From positions 5,952,001 through 6,016,000 of the forward strand of contig OZ176051.1 in assembly GCA_964247055.1 (NCBI GenBank): a stretch of DNA of 64,000 bases, in the 5' to 3' direction. Position numbers and translations under genes: made by a program. Origin of the DNA: Paragordius varius (Eukaryota; Animalia; Nematomorpha). The notes beneath the pieces are model-generated. The model did not search any database and was not told the origin of the DNA. It saw nothing but the letters and a program-made list of their open reading frames with translations. Shown in pieces: positions 52,879 through 64,000 of this stretch (position 1 is its first letter; each line of letters begins with the position of its first letter).

Positions 52879-54220
52879 CAGTGGTACGCAAACCGCGACC
52901 CGCGGGCAGCATGCGGCCCTAAGAGTGCCTAAAAATTTCCCTATGACTATATTGATACTTAAATTATATTTATATTGTAAAATACACATAAACGAATCTT
53001 CACTTATTTTATTATTAATTTATTTCTTTAGATTTAATTTTGGTAGTATTTTTTATAATGTGGAAAAATTACCCTACATTAAAATGATTTCAAAATTTTG
53101 GCACACGTTGTTTCTGTTTCATTCTATTTTCTTTCTATTTTGAAATTTTATTGAATATTTTGTATTTGAGCAAGCCTTTCACCCAAACTTGAACATACAC
53201 ATTCTTTTCATTGTCCTGCATCTTATACAACTCATTCCCATAAAATATTTTTCGAATCAACATCTTTAAATTTCGACCCGTTTTTTTTATAGCATAATTC
53301 AACTTATATTCCAAATTCTTGATTTACTTAGTATTTAAAAATAAATTCAAAGGATGACATCTAATGCTAAAAAAGGTATATGATTCGATGAAAATCGCTT
53401 CTCTAAAATAAATGGAAGGAAAATTCTTTGTCGTTTTAAATAAAAATGTTGTTACCTACCATATATGTAAGGGCAATAAAATACAATATAAGACATTTTA
53501 CAATCCATCACCAGAAAATCATGAGGAAAACGAAAAATATAATAAGGAATTATACAAGAAAGAAAATTTTATTATGTCCATAGCTTTCTCCCAGATATTT
53601 TCCAACACTTAAACAATTCGTAAAGAAAATATGGAATTTACCGCGGAGATTAATTTAATAATAAACAATCATTCAACATTTTTATCTTATGAGATAAAAT
53701 TCAGATTTCAAGAATAAATATCAAAAATTCCTTAAAACTCGTTTAAAACCATGACTTATGGATATATCCATTATTAAGAAATTTAAGCATTTCGGTTTGG
53801 ATGAGCGCCTATCATTGAAAATTTGTAGATTTTAAAAATGATTCCAATTTGCTCAAGTTATTCTAACTGTATTTCCCTCAACTTACACCTGTGAGACGGC
53901 ATATTAAATAAAGTATGTCAAGAATACACATAGTCGCTTAACTGATGTTCACATGGACGACGTGTTAAGAGTGGCCTGTCATGAGGCGAAACCAAATTTG
54001 TCAAAAATCATTGGTTAAACCAAAATAAATTTTGTTATCAAAATTATTAATTTAATGGTGCAAAACGAGTTTTTAGCTAATAAATGCGATCTGCAAAAAA
54101 ATCATTGTGCAAGTTTAGATTTATGTTGTGTCAAATAGCTATAGATTTGCGATTATAAGGTTCATGGTCCTCGAAAAAAACTATATTTTATTTGGCCCGT
54201 CTTTTTGGTGAGTACCATTT
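52879..54220 (+). mobile_element. Internally deleted Buster/SPIN-like hAT element, second copy
   Basis: Termini CAGTGGTACGC / GAGTACCATTT; 8-bp flanks TTTTAGAG / ATTTAGAG; zinc-finger remnant (ORF 53412) and dimerisation remnant PSTYTCETAY*IKYVKNTHSRLTDVHMDDVLRVAC. Confidence 0.8.
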
Positions 54221-55227
54221 ATTTAGAGAAACGCCAACTAAATTTGAGTATTATAAACCCGAAAATTAGTTGATGAGTTTTTTTGAAGGTTTTTTTTGTA
54301 TTTTATTTTTATATATAGCAAGTTATAAAAATAGAAAAAATGAAATTGGATCTAATGTATCAATCGATGTGTCTTTAAAAAATGAGGCATCTTTATAACG
54401 AAATGGTAAAACATTTAACGTATCGGTTTTTGAAACCGTTTTGTACAGGCATGATATAAATTTTACCATTAACCCGCTCAATACAGGGGATGAATTAATA
54501 AAATATATACAAAATGATAATTTTAAATTTAGCCAATTTGGATCGTTATTAATTATATTTCTTCATTTCAGCTACGAACGACTTTATCATGTGTTAAAAT
54601 TAATAGACTTAAAATTTGTTAAAAATTTATAATCAGTGATAATTCACTCTTTATACCTTATGGCAAATACCCTTTTTTCAAATTATACCTAGATATCGGA
54701 CGAGTTGACCACATAGTGTAAATGTTTGGGAGTGGCACAATCAAGGAACTGCTTAAAAGAAATTTTGTCACATTTCTTGAACTTTTACTCGATTTTCCCA
54801 TTTTTACCATAATTTATAGCATTTCTGATTCTTTTCTAATCTGTTCATTTACGGCTGTGCAAGTATTCAAACTTAAACATTTTTCAGATTTCAAAGTTAC
54901 TTTTAATAAATCGATTCCGTAAGTACCGATTAAATATTTGATTTATCCGATTCCATCTATCTACCTGTCAATAAACAGAAAATTAATTAAAATGATATTG
55001 ATTCTAGTATATTTTATTAAACTACATCCAAAACAATACATAGTAACATTTTTTAAGGGGTTCCACTAAAAACAAAAGAAAATAATAATGAAAAATTATA
55101 ATTAAAACAAATATTCAATAAAATAATGAAATAAAAAAAGTAAAATTTCATTTATATGGGTTTTTTAAACTGTTTATTTCTCGGAAAGGTAAATATTATA
55201 AAATAAGCTATTCCTTTTAAATAGTCT

Positions 55228-55470
55228 TTAATGACATGGTTTTCTTTCCTCTCTTCTGTTGAGAAGGTTACTATTCGAATGGATTAAATAAGCCTCCAAA
55301 ATTAACCTGTCGGATAATTTGTCGGCTTGTTTTATAATGGATGTTAGGGCGAAGGTGTGTCTCATATTTTTGCAATGGTCGTATACGGCCGACCTTTTTC
55401 TCTATTGTGTTCTTTTTCTCTAATACTTATAGGGCGTTCAGATTGTGCAATAAAGCGCGCCAGACAATCT
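55228..55470 (-). mobile_element. Penelope-like element, GIY-YIG endonuclease remnant
   Basis: Frameshifted DCLARFIAQSERPISIREKEHNR ... RHTFALTSIIKQADKLSDRLILEAYLIHSNSNLLNRRE follows the PLE pattern C..YIGQT.R.L..R..EH ... H.F ... R...EA..I ... LN. Confidence 0.6.
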
Positions 55471-55867
55471 TACCGGTTCATTATTTTTGAGTTCTCGAAG
55501 AGGTTTTGATATAATATATTCTTTGGTGGTTTGTAATAAATGCACATATCGTTTTTTGTTATTTTTTTTTATTTTATACATGTGTTGGTTTATGTCAGGT
55601 TGTATAAATTTTTCACCTTTGGGTTTTACCTTAAAATAAGTAAAGTATTTTTAAAGGAATTTTTTTATATATTCCGGTTTATCAATGTTATATAAGTGCA
55701 AAATTTAGCCATGGTTTCGATTTCCTCCATATTTCATAATATATTTGAATTTATATCGAATGACTGAAATGAATGTGAATTTTTTTTATTATCACATTCT
55801 GTGTATACATTCATAAAATCATAAAGTCTTTTATGACATATACGGATTTCGCCAACCTGGATATTAA

Positions 55868-58800
55868 ATGAGTGGAAACGCTGAAGTATATGAAGGCGAG
55901 ATAGAGTCAGAAGAATTAGACCCAAGGATTCCGGTAATAAAATTATTCCGCACCTATGTATAATTTATATTGTTAATATGTTGATTTCAATATTGAATTA
56001 TTATAATCTGAATTAAATAGCTTAGATATATTAAATTTATATAAGAATACTTTTTAATACCATATATAATTATAATATCCTCTTAAATAATATATCGCAA
56101 TGTAAATATATTCTTTAATCCTTAAATAATTAAATTAGTTAAAATAATTGTTATTAAACATTCACGAGCAAATAAATAAATTTTATCAGTTATAATTTAT
56201 AAAAAATATACAATATTCTTTAAAATTATTTTTTTAAAAATAAATGTGACTATATAGCCTATCAAAACTCAACTTTTATCATCTCCCGTATGGTCTAGCG
56301 GCTAGGATTCCTGGTTTTCACCCAGGCGGCCCGGGTTCGATTCCCGGTACGGGAACTTTTTTTTTAATATGAAATATATTTATACTCTCCATTTATTATA
56401 ACTTTAACTAAAAAAATTTCATTTAGTCTATTTTTTTCCATATTTTTTATTTAAAAAAGGACTCAAACCATGTTGAAAATTTAACACACTTCTGTAGCCT
56501 GAATTTGAATAGAAAGTTTCGAACTTACACTACATAATTAATATTTTAAAGAAAATACCGTTAAACAATTTACACTTATACTCTTCCTAGATTGAACTTG
56601 ATCGATTAAATAGCCTGAGTACGCAAATCAATGCATTCGAAAAGCAGATTGATGAAGCAAATGAAATGTTTCGTACCATTCTTTCCCAATCAGCGTCCCA
56701 ACTGAAACTTATAGCCTCTGATTTGGGGAGTAAATCAATTGAGAAGGCTAGACCGTATTACGAAATCCTTAATAAGGCTAGAGAGGCACAAAAAATGACT
56801 CAACTCGCCGCCCTAGAATACCAACGGGCCAATGGTATCCATAAAGCCGCCAAGGAAACCATAAAATTGGCCGAGGCCAAATTTGAAGAAATTCATGATT
56901 CCCGTTTTGATGCCGCATGGCAAGAAATGCTTAATCATGCTACTGTGAAGGTCCATTTACTACTATATTGTACAAAATTTTAAACCATAATTTACTGGTT
57001 TGAATACGACATTGGAAAATCAGATATTAACGAAATTGATAGGATATAAATTAAGGTTATTGATTATTTTTCTCTAAATTAGCTCGTTTTGCCAATTTAA
57101 AATCATGCATCTAGATTTATTTTTCATAATTAAATGCTTGTTTACCATAATACATCCCATTATCGACAGGGATGCCAAATTATGCTTGAAGTTAGCGTTT
57201 CTAAAACGATATCGTATAAAAATTTATTTTTTTACAATATAGCCATAATTTTTTTGATAGTTTGAAAAGGGGTTGATTTAAAATATTTTGTAATATTATA
57301 GGTAAACGAATCTGAAGCCCACAAACTTGAAAGTGAGCAACGTCATCGACAAACAGCCTCAGAATTTACTCGCTTAGATCGTTTAGTTACGCGTTTAGAG
57401 AATAGCCTTGGTTTTTCACTCATTGGCAAAGTTAGGCCATACTTTGAAATCAAAGATAAATATAACAAAATGTTGGATGAACAAAAAGTATTTTTATTGC
57501 CATTTTGATAGGATAATCTAATACTCTTTTAATCGTTGACATCTCATTTAGTTACAGAGGCAAGTTTAGACCGTTATTTTGTTCCATATATTAGTTAGTT
57601 GTTAAGTCTAGCTATAATTAACCGAAATCAATACAATAATTTATAATTTTTTAATTTTTGGAGATTTTCTTACCCTTAAAATAATTCATCTATCTTTTAA
57701 AAAACCTTCTTAATTTTTCGCAACAAAATATAATCAAAAGTTGTATAATTACCATAATATCTTGCTTTATTGATTTAAATTTTTATACAATCGAAAAAAA
57801 GGTATGATGCGGTTAATGAGTCATATTTTTTCCCATAATTGTTGCCATTTTTTAGAGGGTACTATGTATTTCTATATAAATTATATTCCCCTTTAGGTTA
57901 AAATAGTTTCCCTACAACACGAAGTTTGGGTTCGAAAAGAATCCTACAAGGATTCCCTAAAAACGTTGGAGCGTATAAGTGAAGAGATTCATGTTAAACG
58001 TGGAATGCGTTCCTCTAATATAAACAATAATATTGTTAGTAATAGGAATGGTTCAATTAATAAACGCTTTCAAAGGCGATTATTTGAACATCCACGATTG
58101 GCTTCATTTGAAAGTATTGGTCGCCAAAATACAAACACTTGCTTGGATCAAAATGCTTTTGTTCGAGGACAAGGGAGTTGGAGACAACTCGCGCGACACT
58201 TTTCAGAGCCTTCGATTTGTGATGACAGCAATTCAATAACTAATAATAATAGAAGCAATAGTAATATAACTACAGAAATAGACAGCGCAAATATGGATAA
58301 AGTCAACCAACTAATGTATGCAAATAAGAACATTTTCAGCAACACTTACTTAGACAAGAGTAATTTGTACAAAGATCAGGAAAAAGCCAATAGACACAGT
58401 ATGCAAGAGCCTATCTATGTTAATCAATCCAAATATCCCATTATACAAGATGGAAAAATGATTGAAAGGTGAAATAAATATATATATTTCTATTTAAAAT
58501 TAAAAAATTTTAAACTATTTGGTGTGTATGAGATGTAATAATATCGGTTTAAAATAAACTACTACCCTTTTAGCATTAATCCTTTAATGTTTATTTTTTG
58601 TTAAAATCATAGTGAAAATATTGCCAGAGCTAAACAAGGTGTGATAGAACCACTATTTATGAGACAAGAACATAAAGCGGTACTTCAACAACCTTCTATA
58701 TATCCAGGAGAATCAACAGAATCTCTTCCCCAAACCTCTAAAAACCGTGTTCGACCAATTCTGCCCGATTTACAGTATATTATCTTAATTTAAAGTTTTA

Positions 58801-59623
58801 ACGTAATTCAAATCTAGTTAAATTCGAGACAAGCATTAAATATAAACCCTATAAATGTAATATGATGTTGAATGTTTTCATTTTGAATCTTATCCAAACT
58901 AAAATTTTTTTATTCAATACATTTTTAATATATATAAACCTAATTTGTTCCACTTTTATTATATACATTGATAAGTTAAATTTAAAATTTATACATTTTT
59001 AAACTCCCATCAATTATTTTTTGATTTTTTTTCCAGAAACGTTGGATCTAAAAAACGAACATCTTTGGAGGATTTAGATCAAAAGATTGAAGAGGCGGCA
59101 AAATCGAAATATATGCCGAGTCCTACGGATAGACCCCCAAATTCTCCTAATGTTTTTCGTCGTTTCACAATTCATGATATGAGACAAGAGGTCCAAGAAC
59201 AAGATTTAGATCGTTTAATTAAAAGTACACTTTTTATTTTATCATTAAAAATTCACGCTTTTTATTTTAAGATTTTAGTAATTTTGAGATTGGTACACAG
59301 AGATTATTGTAAGAACAATAATTTTTTCGCTTTTATATAAAATTTAAGTAATATTATACTTGTTTAAGAAGATAGAAACGAATTTTCACCTCTATTAACC
59401 AATCATTAACCTTTTTACCAAATATTTTTCCTATTATCTAATTTTTATATTTATCCAATAATATTTTATTTTGTTTTTTCCAGATATGGAAAGTATGAAT
59501 GTAGAAACTGAGGAAGCATTGCAAAAATCTTTGAATGCTCCAACGCACACCAAAATTGATCGAAAGCTGTCTTCTGAAATTATAATGTCCCCGGAGACTT
59601 TAACATTGCACATGACACAATAA
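55868..59623 (+). CDS. SH3BP5: SH3 domain-binding protein 5 (Sab/Parcas-like Rab11 GEF), 7 exons
   Basis: EELDPRIP|IELDRLN...IEKARPYYE...AALEYQRANGIHKAAKETIKLAE...FDAAWQEMLNHATVK|VNESE...VRPYFEIK...YKDSLKTLERISEEIH, followed by low-complexity 3' exons to the TAA at 59621-59623. Confidence 0.9.
56284..56355 (+). tRNA. tRNA-Glu (anticodon TTC)
   Basis: TCCCGTATGGTCTAGCGGCTAGGATTCCTGGTTTTCACCCAGGCGGCCCGGGTTCGATTCCCGGTACGGGAA: intact acceptor stem, anticodon arm CCTGG-TT TTC AC-CCAGG, GGTTCGATTCC T-loop, followed by a poly-T Pol III terminator. Confidence 0.97.
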
Positions 59624-60382
59624 TACTAACAAAACGAAATTTCCACAATGAACAAAATTTTGAGAGTTTATATTTTATACAAAAAATATTACCATAACTA
59701 TTAAATAAATTATTTGCACTAAAGATTAATAACAAAAATTCAATGGTAGATAGGTATATGTATATAATTTATTTCTTACATAATTAAGGTATAAAAACGT
59801 TTTGATTCAATAAAAATTATACCAAAATTATATGGTTGTTGTAATAATAAAGTATAAAATTGTTTGTAAACATAGGAGTTTTCACGAAAATGCACGTATA
59901 AAATAGAAGTGATAATATAAATAAAGATAAATAGAAATGTTTCATTCCTTCCTAATTAATTTAATTTTTCAAAAATCGGATGCAAAAAATTGTGATCGAT
60001 TTGTTAGGTTTGGAAGTGGATTTTGTGACACATTTTGTTGTTGATGGTGTTGCATGGATGGGGGTCCACTATTTTGTGCACCTTCTATCAAATTATATAT
60101 ATATATATATATCACAGCTGTTAATTTTTCAAAATTGGAGGTCGATATGTTTTTATTTTTGTTTAATTTTTTTAAAAGTATACATTTTTTAAAACTGTGT
60201 TATATTTTTAATATATCCATAAACACACCTTTCCCAATTACATTTGAAATTTAATCAAAAATCTTTTTTTAAGTTTAAGGGAACACAGTATAAATGTTTA
60301 AATTGAACAAGGTTAATACTTTATAAACATATAAATTAGATAAAAATTGTTTAAAAAGTTAGTATAGACGTATAATGATATC

Positions 60383-63300
60383 CTAACCGAAATCAGAGTT
60401 AAAAGATGAATTATAATATTCATGGGCCGCTGGATTATGGTAAAATATGGGAGGTTGGGCCACAATTTGCTTTTCCTTATATTTGGCTTTCCGTAAAATC
60501 CCAAGTTTTTGGCGAGCCTCTTCAAGTTCTCTTTCTTTGCGTAAAATTTCTTGTTGTGCTTCCATTTCCTAATAATGTATATTTGTGTTTTAGCATATAA
60601 ATATATTTTTAATATCACAATAATTATTATTACAAGATAGCCAGATATATTTATATATAGTGCGCTATAAGATTGCTAGGCTTAAAATGATGTCTTTAAA
60701 TAATGTATTTTGGTATAGCCAAGTAAGCCAGTAAAAAAACTTATATTTGTCTCAATTTTGTGGATATACATCTTACATTATAGATATTTTTATAATTAGT
60801 ATTATTTGCAACAAAACTTTGGCGCGTGTCTGCTCAGGTTGGATAGTAATGATAAAAAAGGTCGACATTTAGAATTCAATCTCAAAATAAAAGTTAAATA
60901 ATATTTTTTAACCTGTGCCAAGGATCCAACCATGCGTTTATCAATAGCCAAAGAATAACTGCTATTTAATCCTTTAGTTGTGGCATTTAATAACATAGAT
61001 GTGGCTTCATCGGTAGGTTTACTCATATAACTACCATTATATTGCTGAAAGTTGTAATCTTCACCATTCTTTTTGGTGCCATGTATGGCTTTAAGAGCGG
61101 CACTTATTAACCTTCGAAAATTCAATAAAAAATATAATTTTTTTTATCGAAATTATTCAAAAATTAATCAAATAAAATACATTAAAAGATTATTAAGAAC
61201 TAATTAAAATCATAGTCTTGATTTACAAACAAAACATTAATTAATACATATAAAATTAATTTATATTGAATCATAATGTAAAAAGTAAAAATATAGAGAT
61301 TCATTTAAAAGTTTAAATCATTTATTGATTTTAACACTGATTTTATTATGATACGAAAAAAATAATCGTTAGCCCAATTTTAAAGACTATAGATTTATAA
61401 TCAAACAAAAGCATTTCTATAAAAAGTATCAATTTTGCTTTATTTAATCCCTAACTCATCATTTGAATAAATTAAACTGATTTCTTTCGATTCTTTTTTA
61501 TTTTTTATAAAAAAATATATCTTTTACCTTTCAGTAGCACGCCGTATAGCAAGAGCCGCTCTATCTAACCGTTCAGTTACAGGGTGGTGAGGACCAGCTT
61601 TAACTCTACAAGCTAAGATAAGTTGAGCAGTTGAACTAGCTACGCTCCTTGCTCCCGTTATAAGTCTTTCAATGCATTCAATGGCTTCTGGACTAAAACT
61701 TGATGGTTGTTCGCTATTTAGTTCAACTGTCGATGAAGTTATTTGTACTAAATCATGCGCCGCTTGGCACATACTATGTATGGCTACAACAACGAGTTTA
61801 GCCTAAGTTAGGGACATGGGTATAATTATAGGTTTGAAAATATTATGTTTGTTAAAAAAATTTTGATTATCAAAAGACCTAATTTGTAATGATATAATGT
61901 AAAAAATTTAAGTTCATACACTGATTCATACGTTTATATGAGAATTTAATATCAAATAATCATCATAGGCTATACCTTGATTTACTACTGATTAAAATAA
62001 TTTATTTTATATTAATTTTTAAACTAAATGGCAAAAATATATATTAGTTAGGTTATTTAGAGCAAATGAAAACTTTATTGGTGTAAGGAAAAAAAAACTT
62101 CCAATACTCAAATTATGTTTAGATCAAAACAATTTAGCTTATACAACTTTTAAATTATGCACAATTAAAATATTAAAACAGCAGAAATGCCATAAGACCA
62201 TTGACCCTCGTGTAATTAATGTCCACCATAATTGGTTTAAAAAATGAAAAAAAATCAAATTTTAATCCCTTTTGCCAATAAAATCAAGAAATACGCTTTT
62301 TCTTACAGCAGAAATAAGGCCATAAGACCATTGTCCTTCACCCTCCTGTGATGACGCGTGTCCACCACGTCCAATAAGTGTGTTTGGGCTCAATTTTCCC
62401 AAGCGAACCAGTTCTCGTTGGGCCGAACATGCGGCACGTATAAGGGCAGCCGAGGCTTGGGCTATCGATTGCGTAGCACCCAGGATTCTTGTATCAAATG
62501 ATGCCATACTACCATCTATTTCATTTTATCACACAGTAAAAATTGAAAAATATTATACGGACAAAACGTAAAAATTAATAGAAAACAACTCTAAAAAAGC
62601 GGATAATCTTTTTAATTATTTATTTTGTCCCAGATAGTTTACTGTAATGGGCTGTTTTGTTTAACTAAGTAGGGAGCCATAAAACTATTGGCGATTTAAA
62701 AAAATATTCACATAATCAAACCGCGGTTGGTTGGTGCAATAATGTATTCACAGTTTATGTTAATAAAACTCGAAAATTTTTAAATTGAATTATATATTGG
62801 AAGAAAAATGGTTATTTATTTAAAAATTAATTAATTTTAAAAAAGTAATTTTTACAACTTAAATTGAACTAAATAACGTAAATTTATATATGATTTAATT
62901 GGTTTATATTACCTTGATCAAATTCAAAGTTATCCTCAATGGTAGAATCATCATGCACGAGAGTAGCATTTATTTTAGTTTGTGTCTGTAAAAAAAAGTG
63001 AATAAATATTGGTTATATTTTTCGCGCTGGGCTAAAAAATATTTTTTTTTATTAATAATTAATATAAAATAAAAACTTTTAACGTTGAAGTTTGCGTGGC
63101 ATTCCCATAATTCATGTGGGATATGGCTTCAGATAAACTATCCTCACTTTCATTACCTGACTTAACACTGCTGGTATTTAATCTAAAATAAACATAATTA
63201 AATAATTGGTTTAAACTAAATCAAAATTAAGCGAATTCGATAGATAATTTTTGTTATAAACGATTAAATTCATTTCCTAAAATCATGTAATAACCAAATA

Positions 63301-63829
63301 ATAAACCGATGGAACATATAGTTGATAAAGAGTTATGAATAGATAATTTTGCTAAAAATAACTCTCAAAATATATCTATTGCATTTCAAATAAAATTTAA
63401 ATCCTAAATTTTTTCTAATATACAGAAAAAATTGAAATAATAAAAAACGTTAAAAGACATGTATAATATAGGTAATTTCTTATACTATTACTTTTTTGAT
63501 ATAACACAAATGATTATAATTGTGAAACTTGTTATAGAGTCTGTTACCAATTTACACTTATCTTTTCCTTGTTTAAAGGTTATATCAGCGTTTACACTTT
63601 GTCTTTAATATAACTCTTTATTTTTAACTGTTAAACTAAATATTGCTTGCTTTCCACTTACTTGTAAGGTTGTGCTTGTTTTGTACTAGAGCTATCATTT
63701 CCATTCGCTAAAGATTTATGTTTTGTGGTCGTTGGGGTAGAAAGGGAAAAAGCCGCTTTTTCAATCGACATGGCTGCTGCCAATAATTCTTTTTCAGTCG
63801 AATTTGGGGACCAGCGCATACTTTCCAAG
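60383..63829 (-). CDS. TLN: Talin, C-terminal rod, I/LWEQ actin-binding domain and dimerisation helix (5' part lies beyond the right edge)
   Basis: EKELLAAAMSIEKAA; FDTRILGATQSIAQASAALIRAACSAQRELV; GQWSYGLISA; ARSVASSTAQLILACRVKA; KRMVGSLAQ|EMEAQQEILRKERELEEARQKL. The motif order is talin-like rather than HIP1-like. Confidence 0.9.
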
Positions 63830-64000
63830 CTTTTATGCATTAAAAAAATGCACATAAAAATTGGATAATATAAAATAATTTTATAGATAAACTTTAAAAT
63901 AATTATTTTTTAAAAAAATAGTTTGTTATAAAGGGAATAAATGTTACTAAGGAAAAATGCGTGAATACAATTCTAATGCCCACTCATTGATTTTAGACAA

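Noticed and set aside
54630-54960. Long, nearly open minus frame (GIDLLKVTLKSEKC...)
   Set aside because: Contains in-frame stops and no identifiable motif; probably mobile-element debris.

Overview
Very AT-rich genomic DNA from an animal (not bacterial; no CRISPR or rRNA seen). The ORF track mostly shows exon fragments and transposon debris, so I spliced the genes by hand. Eight recognisable host genes are present: UGGT (-, runs off the left edge), a BMI1/PCGF-type Polycomb RING protein (-), BORCS5 (+), ACOT13 (-), ZCCHC7/Air1-like (+), PHACTR (-), class II ARF4/5 (+) and SH3BP5 (+). The 3' end of talin (-) runs off the right edge. There is also a tRNA-Glu(TTC) inside SH3BP5 intron 1 and a possible orphan multi-exon gene at about 48.2-50.2 kb. 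Mobile DNA includes two near-complete hAT copies (one carrying a full-length RTE LINE), Buster-type hAT deletion derivatives and MITEs, Tc1/mariner-like MITEs, a TTAA-flanked element, a tRNA-derived SINE (2 copies) and a Penelope GIY-YIG remnant. The most striking architecture is: (1) many 21-27 nt GT-AG introns with no GTRAGT consensus, alongside kb-sized introns; (2) a four-gene island with only 74, 24 and 48 nt between coding ends; (3) a ~1.5 kb degenerate inverted duplication inside a UGGT intron. I found no clearly new self-contained molecular system; these features are the best leads. Gene names come from recalled similarity to human orthologues, not from a database search, and the species cannot be determined from the window.
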